From the IMG/VR virus record IMGVR_UViG_3300021168_000013: DNA of 64,000 bases. The stretch is one strand, 5' to 3'. Below the pieces are notes generated by a model, which worked only from the letters and a program-made list of their open reading frames with translations, was not told where the DNA came from and made no database searches. This DNA comes from a virus. Shown here piece after piece: positions 1 to 10,062 of the stretch (position 1 is its first letter; the number at the start of each line of letters is the position of its first letter). Both the position numbers and the translations under genes were made by a program.

Positions 1-1304
1 GAGTGTTATATAATCACGCTAATGTATTTAGTGGAAGCGTTGGTATTGGAGCCATAGATGGCCAATCACTATCTTCTGGTAAAAATGATAAAATATTTTT
101 ATCATCGTATGAGACTTATCAGAAAAATTGGGCAACAAGTTCCTTGGCAAACAATGAATTATACGCAACATTTAAAACCGGCATATATTCTACGGCACAA
201 GCCGATATAATAGAGGTTGGAGCAAGAGGTAGAAAAGTATTTGTAAAAAATCCTGATTACGGATTTGGTGCAACTAATAATGGTGTGGCAAGAGATAATT
301 TGGATGCATTAATAAATTATTACGTCTACAATCCACAGGTCCCCGCACACAATGTCAAACCACCACAGAAATCCAACAATCTGGAACATTCATTTCCACA
401 GTATCAAGATGATGTTCTTACTGGAAAGAAAGCGGGATATTATGGATATCTTGAGGATTTGTATATTAATGCCGACTTCGTTATAAACATAGTTAAATCA
501 GCGACATCAACGGAAGAATTTTTCAATGCGTTATTACAAGGAATAAATGATAGTGTAAATGGATTTTGGGATTTACAATTAATTTCAGGAGCACCGAAAG
601 ATATGGTTTTCGTTGATCAGAAGCTTTTCCCTGATTTGGCAAAACAACCAATATTTCAGTTTGATGTGGCAAGTTCCAGAAATATTGTAAAAAATATAGT
701 ATTCACATCAACGATATCAAACATACAAGCCAATCAAATTATAGCATCCAGTACTAATAATCAGAATGGTGACGGTGAAGAATCCACATCTAACCCACAA
801 AATTTTGTATTTGGTGATAGATTATTCACAGATATTCCCTCAAATAAGCAATCATTGGATATTGATAATGGGAGTATAATATCACAATTACAACAATATG
901 GTGCCAACAAAGATGCGTATTTCATGACATTTAGAGACATCAATGGGAATAAGAACATAGTTAATCTGGTGTTACCAAATAAATCTTTATTAACGTCTAT
1001 ATTAAATGACATGGATTTGATTAACAATGTAAACGTTTATGGTGGGCAACAACCAAACTTTGTATTGGAGATAACATTGCAAGGTATAGCTGGATTGAAT
1101 ACATTTCAATGTTTCAGTATTAAGAATTTTCCAAAACCTTATAGTGAGGAAGATGTGATATTTCAGATTATTGATGTCAAACATTCCATAAATAACGAAA
1201 ATTGGGAGACTACCATTAAAGCTGGTCTAAGACCATTCGGAGCAAATCGTAGTTTGAAAGGAACTCCTAAGTTCGTGGACGGAAGTGAACAGGAATATAA
1301 TTAA
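1..1304 (+). CDS. Baseplate hub / tail-associated protein (5' end outside window)
   Basis: Open frame from window edge. C-terminal pattern EITLQGIAGL...IFQIIDVKHSI...WETTIKA resembles gp27/gpD-like hub proteins (recalled, not searched). Confidence 0.5.
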   Translation, partial: VLYNHANVFSGSVGIGAIDGQSLSSGKNDKIFLSSYETYQKNWATSSLANNELYATFKTGIYSTAQADIIEVGARGRKVFVKNPDYGFGATNNGVARDNLDALINYYVYNPQVPAHNVKPPQKSNNLEHSFPQYQDDVLTGKKAGYYGYLEDLYINADFVINIVKSATSTEEFFNALLQGINDSVNGFWDLQLISGAPKDMVFVDQKLFPDLAKQPIFQFDVASSRNIVKNIVFTSTISNIQANQIIASSTNNQNGDGEESTSNPQNFVFGDRLFTDIPSNKQSLDIDNGSIISQLQQYGANKDAYFMTFRDINGNKNIVNLVLPNKSLLTSILNDMDLINNVNVYGGQQPNFVLEITLQGIAGLNTFQCFSIKNFPKPYSEEDVIFQIIDVKHSINNENWETTIKAGLRPFGANRSLKGTPKFVDGSEQEYN

Positions 1305-1306
1305 AT

Positions 1307-1687
1307 ATGTTAGATATATCAACATACAATTCATTGGTTTCATCGGATATCAACTCTATAGTTTATCCTGAAAACCACATACCCACTCCACAGCCATCCG
1401 ATTACACTAATGGGTTTATCGTTAGATATTTTGCGCAGAGGATAAACACTGGACAAATTTACGAAGTGTCATCTGACAATTACAATCAAATTTCAATGTT
1501 ATTGTTTGGATTGACTTCTCTTAATTGGTACATAACTGGATCATTGAATGTTGTAAAACAAAATAATATAATAATGCAACCCGGAGTAATATCGTTGAAT
1601 AAAACCTCCGTTAATACTGCCAATCAAGCTATGGAAGGATTAACCCAATTCTTACCAAATCTATCCCAGTTTTATAAAAACGTTTGA
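1307..1687 (+). CDS. Conserved phage baseplate-region hypothetical protein
   Basis: 126-aa ORF 2 nt after the hub gene; motif PTPQPSDYTNGFIVRYF is typical of jumbo-phage structural-region proteins. Confidence 0.5.
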   Translation: MLDISTYNSLVSSDINSIVYPENHIPTPQPSDYTNGFIVRYFAQRINTGQIYEVSSDNYNQISMLLFGLTSLNWYITGSLNVVKQNNIIMQPGVISLNKTSVNTANQAMEGLTQFLPNLSQFYKNV

Positions 1688-1712
1688 CATTTCACCTGTT
1701 CTATGATATGAT
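1684..1712 (+). promoter_or_regulatory. sigma70-type promoter for polA-like gene
   Basis: TTGACA (1684-1689), 17 nt, TATGAT (1707-1712) with TGn extension; ATG 9 nt downstream. Confidence 0.75.
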
Positions 1713-1721
1713 TAATGTTGA

Positions 1722-3065
1722 ATGATCATATCCAGTGATGCAGAATATAATAAGTTCTTGATTGAAAACACAAATGGGCGTTGTATTGTCCATATTGTGA
1801 CCAATAACGATAATATTCACTCGGCCATCGCTAAACCCCTCTTAATATTCGTTAAAAACATAGATATTGATAAATTATATATAATTAATATAAACCATTA
1901 TGATATAGACTATAGGGTAGACCAAGAACTCTTCATAAAAGATTTTAATAACTTATACTGTATTAAATTTGTATTAGATAAGAAGAGGTTCATGCATCTC
2001 TTACCAATCATAAATTTGAAGGATTTACAGCTAATAGACTTCATGTTGTATGGAAAGCCTGATGAAACTAATTATATACCTAACGAATATAGGTTTTATT
2101 ATAATAGGTTTGAAGATTATGATGATATTAATAATGCCATACCATTGACCATTCATAGTAGGGTATTTGATAATATTTGCAATGTTTATGAGGAAACCAT
2201 TGAATCTTTCGTGGAGGATAGTGGATATATCGGAGTTAATGACAATATTTTGGATAACTTGCAACAAATTGAGAAAAATGGATTATATGTAGATAAGAGT
2301 GTGTTCTCCAAACATTTTGATGCAAAAGTGTCAAATAACTTGGTACATACCGAGTATAACATTTATACTGCTACTGGTCGTCCAAGTAATAGATTTGGAG
2401 GAGTCAATTATGCTGCTTTAAATAAAGATGACGGTTGCCGATCAAGTTTCGTATCAAGACATGGGGATGATGGAATATTGTTTCTAATTGACTACAGTGC
2501 TTACCATCCACATATTGTTGGTAAACTTATTAATTATAGTTTACCAACTGATGTCTATTCATATCTTGGTAAGTATTATTTTACCAAAGAAGAATTGTCG
2601 CCAGAAGAGATTAAATCGGCGAAGAATATGACATTTCAATGTATGTATGGTAATAACATTCCTACGGAGTTTTTGACTATACCATATTACGCTAAGATGA
2701 ATGAATATATCAATCATCGATGGGAATTTTTTAATGATAATGGATATGTCGAGACTCCCATTTATAAGCGAAAGATAACATCAAAACATATAATCGATCC
2801 AAACCCAAATAAGTTGTTCAATTACATATTACAGGCATCGGAAACTGAATTCGGTATGACCGTTGCAAATGATGTAAATCGATATCTACGGAATAAACAG
2901 ACAAAAGTAGTATTATACACTTACGATAGCTTATTATATGATGTACATAAGGATGATGGTAAACAGACTTTGGTTGATATCAAGGGTATAATGAGTAATA
3001 CTGGATTCCCCGTAAAGTGTTATATTGGGTATGATTACAATAAAATGATAACGGTTAATATTTGA
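1722..3065 (+). CDS. polA: Short divergent family A DNA polymerase
   Basis: TGRPS, motif A LIDYSAYHPHI, motif B AKNMTFQCMYG, motif C YTYDSLLYD; both catalytic Asp kept; N-terminal exonuclease domain degenerate. Confidence 0.8.
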   Translation: MIISSDAEYNKFLIENTNGRCIVHIVTNNDNIHSAIAKPLLIFVKNIDIDKLYIININHYDIDYRVDQELFIKDFNNLYCIKFVLDKKRFMHLLPIINLKDLQLIDFMLYGKPDETNYIPNEYRFYYNRFEDYDDINNAIPLTIHSRVFDNICNVYEETIESFVEDSGYIGVNDNILDNLQQIEKNGLYVDKSVFSKHFDAKVSNNLVHTEYNIYTATGRPSNRFGGVNYAALNKDDGCRSSFVSRHGDDGILFLIDYSAYHPHIVGKLINYSLPTDVYSYLGKYYFTKEELSPEEIKSAKNMTFQCMYGNNIPTEFLTIPYYAKMNEYINHRWEFFNDNGYVETPIYKRKITSKHIIDPNPNKLFNYILQASETEFGMTVANDVNRYLRNKQTKVVLYTYDSLLYDVHKDDGKQTLVDIKGIMSNTGFPVKCYIGYDYNKMITVNI

Positions 3066-3085
3066 GTATTTGGTCAATCTTTTAT

Positions 3086-3093
3086 ATATTTAT
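3086..3093 (+). promoter_or_regulatory. ATATTTAT putative phage late-promoter motif
   Basis: Motif lies 11 nt before ATG 3105 and recurs upstream of other probable virion genes. Confidence 0.45.
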
Positions 3094-3104
3094 TGATATA
3101 TAAA

Positions 3105-4607
3105 ATGAAGAATTTAGACCGTATTTTATTAGAGTATTTCACAAAAAGAGAAGATGGTGGGGCAAATTTCAATTCAAAAAGTTATGACGATTTGCAACAT
3201 TTTGAGACATTTTTGATCGAATGTGGATATATTCATAGTTTCGATAGAGCCAAATTGAACGAATTATTTGGTTCTTCCACGTTGTCTAAAACCATAAGTA
3301 CTGGTGTTGGTAAAGTTACATCGAAATTAAAGTCTTTTTGGCGTAAAATATTAGATATCGTAAAGTCTGGATATTCTCAAATAGTTAGACGATTCCATAG
3401 TGAATGCGGAAGAATTGAAAGTGATATCAAAAATTACGATTTAGGTGAAGAAATACTTATACCATTACCACGAGTTACCGAGCCAAACCTATCAGAATTC
3501 TCAGATGCAGTAAATAATGTCACATCATTACAAAGTGGGGTTGCTCCAGAAGGAGAAGCTGAGATAGGTGAAGCAAAAGAGGGTGCTACAGCATTTAAAG
3601 GATATTATAATGAATATCTTACTTGTGAATATATTTTAGCCATGGATAGTGGTAAATTGAATGAGGATTTTTCATTACTTCATGGTGTCTCTCCCGATCC
3701 AACCGTTAGACTAACTGATCCAAATAGAACTACCACACAATTTATCCGTAGCAAATCCCGTGAATATTATCAAAAATTGAAAGAAGTTTGTGGTGATGAA
3801 TTTGATGACACCAATAGAGTAGTAAATTTAGGCAGTAAACAAATGGCTGATTATCTCATTGATGCTGCTAAAAAATCAGGGGCGTTTATTTACGACATTC
3901 AAGCAGTCGGAGAAGATAAAGAAGGTGTGGCCGATATTTTGGTTAAAATGACTAGAACCGAGGGTGATTTCTCCAATGCTTATTCATTAAAAATATCAGA
4001 AGGAAAGAATATAAATTTGGCCAATAGAACATTCGGTACTCAAGTTGAACAATTATGTGGCAACGCCCAAGTCAAAGAAGAACTTAAGAAACGTTTAATG
4101 TCAGACCCAGAATATAAAAAAGCATTTGATCAAGGAAAAATATTGAATGCTGAATTACAGGCACAAAAGAGAGCTAAGAATACTAGTAAATTAGCTGATC
4201 TCAGAAAAGGAAGAGGATTGGCTAGACAAAAACTGAATTTGATTGCAGCAAAAGTCCTTTATGGATTCTTGAAAGATTTCAATGATAAGAATAAACTAGC
4301 ATTCAGTCAGAATTTACAAAAATTACTTGGTTTTTCGGATAAGGATATAGGAATTTTAACGGCGATAGTAAAGAAATCCAAAAAAGAAGGTGGTTATATG
4401 TCTGAACTATTAGCAAAAAAACCAGAATTTGATTTTTCTAATTTAAAGGTCACATATGACAACGGAGTATCTATTAAAATTATTAATGAAAAAGCAAAAC
4501 AAGTAATTGTCACAATATCTCTTAAAGAAGGTGTTGCCGCAGCAAACTGGGTAGACTTTTCATCCGTCACTCCATTCGATCAAGGATTCGTTCCATTTGA
4601 GGTATAA
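3105..4607 (+). CDS. Hypothetical protein, possible PD-(D/E)XK restriction-endonuclease-like domain
   Basis: ATG at 3105 preferred over TTG 3093. GYYNEY...ADILVK...YSLK resembles an E...D...SxK nuclease core. N-terminus resembles that of the next ORF. Confidence 0.45.
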   Translation: MKNLDRILLEYFTKREDGGANFNSKSYDDLQHFETFLIECGYIHSFDRAKLNELFGSSTLSKTISTGVGKVTSKLKSFWRKILDIVKSGYSQIVRRFHSECGRIESDIKNYDLGEEILIPLPRVTEPNLSEFSDAVNNVTSLQSGVAPEGEAEIGEAKEGATAFKGYYNEYLTCEYILAMDSGKLNEDFSLLHGVSPDPTVRLTDPNRTTTQFIRSKSREYYQKLKEVCGDEFDDTNRVVNLGSKQMADYLIDAAKKSGAFIYDIQAVGEDKEGVADILVKMTRTEGDFSNAYSLKISEGKNINLANRTFGTQVEQLCGNAQVKEELKKRLMSDPEYKKAFDQGKILNAELQAQKRAKNTSKLADLRKGRGLARQKLNLIAAKVLYGFLKDFNDKNKLAFSQNLQKLLGFSDKDIGILTAIVKKSKKEGGYMSELLAKKPEFDFSNLKVTYDNGVSIKIINEKAKQVIVTISLKEGVAAANWVDFSSVTPFDQGFVPFEV

Positions 4608-4609
4608 TT

Positions 4610-5386
4610 ATGATAGATAAAATATTAAATGCAATATGTTTAGACGAGAGAGTTACAGATGGAACCTTTCGTATGGATAATAATGAGCACATGGATATTC
4701 TTCAAGAGTATTTGGAAAAGAGCGGAACAACAAAAGCCAATAGTGTAGTATACCGAAATAAAATGATCGAGGGTAAGTTTCCAGAACGTCAAGCATATAA
4801 TACTAATGGTATATTGGTAACGTTTCCTACACCAGAATATAAACAGAAAGCTATAGCTAGAGGTACTCATTTTGAGGCCAATCCAAAAAAAGGACAGGCC
4901 AATGTATTTCAAACACCGCCAGCATCAGGGACAGCACCAGAGGCTCCAGCAGCATCCGGATCAGCATCAACTCCTCCTGCAACTCCTGCTAGCGGAACTC
5001 CACCACCCGCACCCACAACTTCTCCTGCTCCTCCAGCACCCGACACAAAGCTTGGCCCTGAAGATTTGGCAACACCAACTACTCCGCCGCCAACGGAACC
5101 TACCGACGGAAAAGAATTAACTGCTAACGCTGTGGAAAAGGACACAAGAACTCCAGCAGAAAAGGCTGAAGACGCAAAAGCAATACAAAACATACTTTCA
5201 TCCGCTCCAGCATCTATTGATATCACGAAAAATTATCCAAACTTGGAATCTTTGACTTATACTTTAAAGGAAGCAAAACAGAATAATTTTTACGAAAAAA
5301 ATGGTAAGTGGTATACAGACGGCGGCGAATATATTGGAGAAAAATGGTATAACGAAACACTTGGTAAGATTTTAATATCCAAATGA
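4610..5386 (+). CDS. Hypothetical protein with Pro/Ala/Thr-rich linker (probable virion protein)
   Basis: 258-aa ORF coupled to neighbours; low-complexity PAT segment at about 4910-5105. Confidence 0.6.
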   Translation: MIDKILNAICLDERVTDGTFRMDNNEHMDILQEYLEKSGTTKANSVVYRNKMIEGKFPERQAYNTNGILVTFPTPEYKQKAIARGTHFEANPKKGQANVFQTPPASGTAPEAPAASGSASTPPATPASGTPPPAPTTSPAPPAPDTKLGPEDLATPTTPPPTEPTDGKELTANAVEKDTRTPAEKAEDAKAIQNILSSAPASIDITKNYPNLESLTYTLKEAKQNNFYEKNGKWYTDGGEYIGEKWYNETLGKILISK

Positions 5387-5769
5387 GTTATCATCAATTG
5401 TTTTGCACTTTCAGTAATGATGTATCTTACAAAGAGGACGTAAGAAATATACGCAATTTTTATTCAACGAGTATTATAAAATTTTTTGTGTTTGAGTCTA
5501 CAAAGGTTAAAAAGGATACATATATTACATATAATATATCGGCTGTAAGCAGTTTTGATCGTTATCGATCCACTATCAACATTCATCGTAAAAAAGAAAC
5601 TAATACATTGTATACACTTAATGCAATGAATAGATTAATTACCGAGGAAAACAATGGGGTATTTGATAAGACCCATAACTTGGATTGGACTCTATATAAG
5701 GATTGTCTTATTCTGACTAATGACGTAGGAGTAAGAATAATTGACTTAAAACTCATAGTCATATTATAA
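5383..5769 (+). CDS. Conserved jumbo-phage hypothetical protein upstream of SSB
   Basis: ATGA overlap with upstream stop; QLFCTF...TYNI...INIHRKKETNTLYTLNAMN motif. Confidence 0.65.
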   Translation: MSYHQLFCTFSNDVSYKEDVRNIRNFYSTSIIKFFVFESTKVKKDTYITYNISAVSSFDRYRSTINIHRKKETNTLYTLNAMNRLITEENNGVFDKTHNLDWTLYKDCLILTNDVGVRIIDLKLIVIL

Positions 5770-5906
5770 TTAACTTTCTTGGATATAATAAATTGACCTA
5801 ATCACTTTTTTGGTATATTCTATGTCTATGTTAATACTTATATATAGAGCATAGTTAAGTGATTATGTTCTATAATTAACTAATTAAAAATAACACATTA
5901 AAACAT

Positions 5907-6704
5907 ATGGCATTAAACCTAGATATAATAAAAGCAAGACGTAATACATTGAGTAACCAAGACGCAAACAAAAAGTTGTTTTGGAAACCAGTAAAAGGTA
6001 AGCAAGTAGTTCGAATCATTCCTTATAAGTTCTGTCCCGAAAATCCATTCATTGAATTAAAGTTTCATTATGGCCTTGGTGGCAAGACTTATATTTCTCC
6101 TGACACATTTAACCGTCCCGACCCAATTTTGGAATTCGCTAACAAGTTGAAAAAGACTGGCGATAAAGAAGATTGGAAGAGAGGTCGCGCACTCGAACCT
6201 AAATTGAGAACGTATGTTCCAATCATTGTTCGTGGTCAAGAAACCGAGGGTGTTAAATTTTGGGGGTTTGGAAAACAAGTCTACGAAGAAATCCTCAGTA
6301 TTATTGACGATCCTGAATATGGTGATATCACCGAGTTAACATCTGGTAGAGATGTTACGGTAGAGTTCAAGGAAGCCGTTGAGACTGGAAAGAATTTCCC
6401 TGAAACGTCTATCCGCGTCAAGCCAAATAAGTCTCCAGCAGTTGATCCCAATAATAAGGAACAGGTAGCATTATTGGCAAAACAAGTTGACATTGTAACG
6501 TTGTACGAAGAAAAGACGTATGATGAATTAAAGGAAGTACTCAAGAGTCACCTTAATCCATCAAGTTCATCGGATAACAGTGGTGACAGTAATTCTACTG
6601 GCCCAGTTGATACCGAAGCACAGCCAGAGGCAGCAAGCGTAACTAAGGCTCCAAGTTCTAACAAGGACATTGAAGCAGCGTTTGATAACCTCTTTAACAA
6701 CTAA
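5907..6704 (+). CDS. Single-stranded DNA-binding protein (T4 gp32-like)
   Basis: FWKP...VRIIP...GVKFWGFGKQVY...GRD core; Ser/Asp-rich linker and acidic-aromatic C-tail (AFDNLFNN); precedes recA. Confidence 0.85.
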   Translation: MALNLDIIKARRNTLSNQDANKKLFWKPVKGKQVVRIIPYKFCPENPFIELKFHYGLGGKTYISPDTFNRPDPILEFANKLKKTGDKEDWKRGRALEPKLRTYVPIIVRGQETEGVKFWGFGKQVYEEILSIIDDPEYGDITELTSGRDVTVEFKEAVETGKNFPETSIRVKPNKSPAVDPNNKEQVALLAKQVDIVTLYEEKTYDELKEVLKSHLNPSSSSDNSGDSNSTGPVDTEAQPEAASVTKAPSSNKDIEAAFDNLFNN

Positions 6705-6710
6705 AAAATA

Positions 6711-6751
6711 AAAGAGAGTGATGGTTATATCACATAGCCATCACTCTCTTT
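6711..6751 (+). terminator. Long stem-loop between ssb and recA (terminator or processing site)
   Basis: AAAGAGAGTGATGGTTAT-ATCAC-ATAGCCATCACTCTCTTT, 18-bp stem with one G-U pair. Confidence 0.75.
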
Positions 6752-6767
6752 ACAGTTATATATTATT

Positions 6768-7952
6768 ATGGCAAAAGAAAAAACAAAAGGAAAGTCCGTT
6801 CATTTAGATACAGAACCAACCGCAGAAAGAGATGAATTATTATCTTCACTTGCCGATGAATTAAATAAAAATGACAAGGGTGGAGATAAATCAGCATTCT
6901 TCTTGGACACCAAGGAAGACGCATCGGCAATTAGTGATTGGATCACTACTGGAGCATCTACTCTGGATTTAGCAATTTGTAATAGACCACATGCTGGATT
7001 ACCAGTGGGAAGAATGGTTGAATTAACTGGGTTGGAAGGAACGGGAAAGAGTATGATGGCTGCACATATTATTGCTGCCACACAGAAAAAGGGCGGCAAG
7101 GCGATTATGATCGATACAGAAAATTCTTCTGCGCCAGAATTCTGGGAAAGTTTGGGAGTGAATATTTCCAAATTATTGTACATTCAGAAAGAGACAGTCG
7201 AAGAAATTTTTGACACTATTGAATCCGCAATTGCATATATTCGCAAAAATGAAAAAGACCCATTGGTAACGATTATTGTTGACAGTGTGGCAGGAGCATC
7301 AACCAAAGCTGAATTAGAGAGTGATCATGGTAAAGATGGATATGCTACTGGTAAGGCTATTATTATTAGTAAAGCTATGCGTAAAATCACCAATATGATT
7401 GGTAAACAAAGAGTATTAATTGTTTACACAAATCAATTGCGTCAAAATTTGAAAGCTATGGCATTTTCCGATCCATGGGTTGTTTCTGGTGGAAAAGCAC
7501 TGGCATATCATTGTAGTGTGCGTGTCAGATTAAGTAACTTAGGTAAGATCAAAGATAAAAATAACGAAGTTATCGGTGTTAAATGTAAAGCCGAAGTTAA
7601 GAAAACTCGTTTTGGCCCCGGAAATAGATCGGCTGAATTTGAAATCTATTACGATAGTGGTATCGCAGATTATGTAAGTTGGTTGAGTGTATTGAAAAAG
7701 AAAAGCTTAATCAAACAAGGTGGTGCATATTATACATTCACCAAGAAATCTGGAGAAGAAGTAAAATTCTCATCAAGAGAGTTCGTGGAAAGTATGCACT
7801 CAAATCCTGAACTTAGAGAAGAGATATATAGTACTATATGTGATGCGGTTATCATGGAATACAAGAAACCAAATAGCGTAGTATTTGAAGATGTCACAGT
7901 TGATACGGAAGAAGAGGAAGAATCCGTCGAGGTCATCGAAGATAATGGATAA
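6768..7952 (+). CDS. recA: RecA/UvsX recombinase
   Basis: Walker A GLEGTGKS, Walker B IIVDSVA, TNQLRQ, SGGKALAYH, KTRFG. Confidence 0.95.
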   Translation: MAKEKTKGKSVHLDTEPTAERDELLSSLADELNKNDKGGDKSAFFLDTKEDASAISDWITTGASTLDLAICNRPHAGLPVGRMVELTGLEGTGKSMMAAHIIAATQKKGGKAIMIDTENSSAPEFWESLGVNISKLLYIQKETVEEIFDTIESAIAYIRKNEKDPLVTIIVDSVAGASTKAELESDHGKDGYATGKAIIISKAMRKITNMIGKQRVLIVYTNQLRQNLKAMAFSDPWVVSGGKALAYHCSVRVRLSNLGKIKDKNNEVIGVKCKAEVKKTRFGPGNRSAEFEIYYDSGIADYVSWLSVLKKKSLIKQGGAYYTFTKKSGEEVKFSSREFVESMHSNPELREEIYSTICDAVIMEYKKPNSVVFEDVTVDTEEEEESVEVIEDNG

Positions 7953-9012
7953 TCTAACAAACACTGATAAGAGTCATTTATTCTCGTTGTTTGAGAATAT
8001 GGACAAGGAAAACGGTTTCACTGGACTTCAAAAATCCAGTGATTCCGACATTTTACTGATTGATTTCTATAATTTATTTATAAGATCATTCATGGCAATA
8101 CCAACATTGAATGACAATGGAATCCATGTCGGTGGTATTGCTGGATTTCTTAAAACATTGGGAGCGGCAATCAAATTATTGACTCCATCAAAGGTTATCA
8201 TTGTTGTGGACGGTAAGGGTGGCAGTCTAAAACGTAGAAGTATTTATCCCGAATATAAATCCAATAGAAAAACAAGTGTCAGATTTAATAGAAGTTATGA
8301 GGAATTATCAAGTGCGGAGTTAGAAGAACAAGGATTAAAGAAGCAATTATTTAGAGCGGTATCTTATTTAAATACATTACCTGTAAAGATTATAGCCATA
8401 GACAATGTAGAAGCCGATGACGTTATTGCATATCTTGCTGTTGACTATTATAAAACCAAGAATGTATATATAGCATCATGCGATAAAGACTTCCTTCAAC
8501 TTGTCAATGATAGAATTAAAGTGTGGAGTCCAAGTAAGAAAAAATTATATGGATGTGCTGAAATTTTTGGAGAATATGGTGTATCATGCCAAAACTTCAT
8601 ATTTTATAGAACATTGGAAGGGGATGCCAGTGATAATATTGACGGTATTAGAGGAGCGGGATTGAAAACTGTATTAAAATGTTATCCGTTCCTTGCTGAT
8701 GCAAAGAGGTCTACATTAGAAGAGATATTCAATTACAGTGATAATCATAAAGGAAAACTCAAGTTATATGACACGGTATTAGCCAATAAAAATATAGTAG
8801 AGCGTAATTATAAATTAATGCAGTTAACAGAATCGATAATACAAGATTTTAGTCAATTGCGTATTAACGATGTTATGAATACTCCTGTCAACAGACTTAA
8901 TAAATTACAATTCTTTAAATTGGTTGGGGAAGATAAGATGCGAAACAATCTTGAGAACAGTACAGTATGGCTTACGGAGTGTTTTGGTAAGCTTGATTTC
9001 ATGCAAAAGTAA
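7945..9012 (+). CDS. 5'-3' exonuclease / T4 RNase H-like (FEN family)
   Basis: LLIDFYN, DGKGGS..RR..YPEYK, VEADD, SCDKDFLQL, GDASDNI.G; ATG 7945 overlaps recA end. Confidence 0.9.
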   Translation: MDNLTNTDKSHLFSLFENMDKENGFTGLQKSSDSDILLIDFYNLFIRSFMAIPTLNDNGIHVGGIAGFLKTLGAAIKLLTPSKVIIVVDGKGGSLKRRSIYPEYKSNRKTSVRFNRSYEELSSAELEEQGLKKQLFRAVSYLNTLPVKIIAIDNVEADDVIAYLAVDYYKTKNVYIASCDKDFLQLVNDRIKVWSPSKKKLYGCAEIFGEYGVSCQNFIFYRTLEGDASDNIDGIRGAGLKTVLKCYPFLADAKRSTLEEIFNYSDNHKGKLKLYDTVLANKNIVERNYKLMQLTESIIQDFSQLRINDVMNTPVNRLNKLQFFKLVGEDKMRNNLENSTVWLTECFGKLDFMQK

Positions 9013-9132
9013 AACGGAAGAAGTGATTATATGTTCGACGAATTTTAATCATCTACTTCAGTTATAATACTTCTACCGTCTAATAATAAATATATAAAAC
9101 ACACATCAAATTACAAAATATATTTCATAAAA

Positions 9133-9161
9133 AAATCCCGATAATTACCTTATCGGGATTT
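9133..9161. terminator. Bidirectional intrinsic terminator
   Basis: AAATCCCGATAA-TTACC-TTATCGGGATTT between convergent genes, with A and T tracts on both sides. Confidence 0.8.
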
Positions 9162-9186
9162 CGTTTTAATATTTATATATTACGCA

Positions 9187-10062
9187 TTAACCTCTCCAAT
9201 CTCTTGGCGGATTAGCATATTTCTTGGTAAAACTTGATGGAAAGGAAACCTTACTCTCGTTACCAAGAGGAACTCCCATTTCCAATAAAGATTCACGACT
9301 GGCATAATAAATGTCATGGGAGAATAATGGAATGCCTTTCTTGAATTCAACTTCCTTGACTTTACTTTCTTTTGCTTTTCCCCATTCTGTTCCCATATCA
9401 AATCCACGAGACTTAACATCTGCGGTCAAGTTGGAACTTCTTAGACACTGACTAAAATCCATTGATGTATCACATATATTACTGTTATTACTGCAATAAT
9501 ATGAAGCATTCACAACATTATTACATATATTACCCATAGAATTTACAGAATGCATTGCTGCGTTATATCCAGTATTATATGTTCCCCCACTATTGGATGT
9601 GAATGTATTGAAGTAATCAATATTTGGATTTCTGGTAGTATATGATGGATAGTTATACACTGTAATAGGGATTGGTGGAAGTATTTCTGAAAACAATCTA
9701 ATACCAATTACTCCGACATTTTCTCCTTGACCTTTACCATCAGCATATGATTTGTTTTTGGCAGCAAATTTGAATGCCCCAACCTTTTCATCACTATATC
9801 TGAATCCCTTAATTCTCAATGAATCATATCCATTTATGACATAGCCGTTGCTATCTTCCGTAGCAGTTTCTCCAGTTAATACATCTAATCCATCTACAGA
9901 TGATACAGCTAAAATTCTTGTCCATGAACCATTATTTATTTTAATTTCGTATTCAGAATTATCTTTAGCTTCGATGAATTTCTTACCCTCGTGGGTGTAT
10001 TGTTTGCAAGTGTTTCCATTGACTAATACATCAACGGAATACAAAGTATTGTTTATACTCAT
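9187..10062 (-). CDS. Conserved hypothetical protein (SVDGLDVLTG family)
   Basis: 291-aa ORF opposite to the replication genes; conserved-looking N-domain and C-terminal GTEWG...YYASRE domain with an Asn/Ser-rich linker. Confidence 0.75.
   Translation of the reverse strand: MSINNTLYSVDVLVNGNTCKQYTHEGKKFIEAKDNSEYEIKINNGSWTRILAVSSVDGLDVLTGETATEDSNGYVINGYDSLRIKGFRYSDEKVGAFKFAAKNKSYADGKGQGENVGVIGIRLFSEILPPIPITVYNYPSYTTRNPNIDYFNTFTSNSGGTYNTGYNAAMHSVNSMGNICNNVVNASYYCSNNSNICDTSMDFSQCLRSSNLTADVKSRGFDMGTEWGKAKESKVKEVEFKKGIPLFSHDIYYASRESLLEMGVPLGNESKVSFPSSFTKKYANPPRDWRG

Noticed and set aside
4909-5226. Antisense Gly/Ala/Val-rich ORF and apparent tandem repeats
   Set aside because: Mirror of the Pro/Ala/Thr low-complexity linker on the plus strand; no exact repeat unit.
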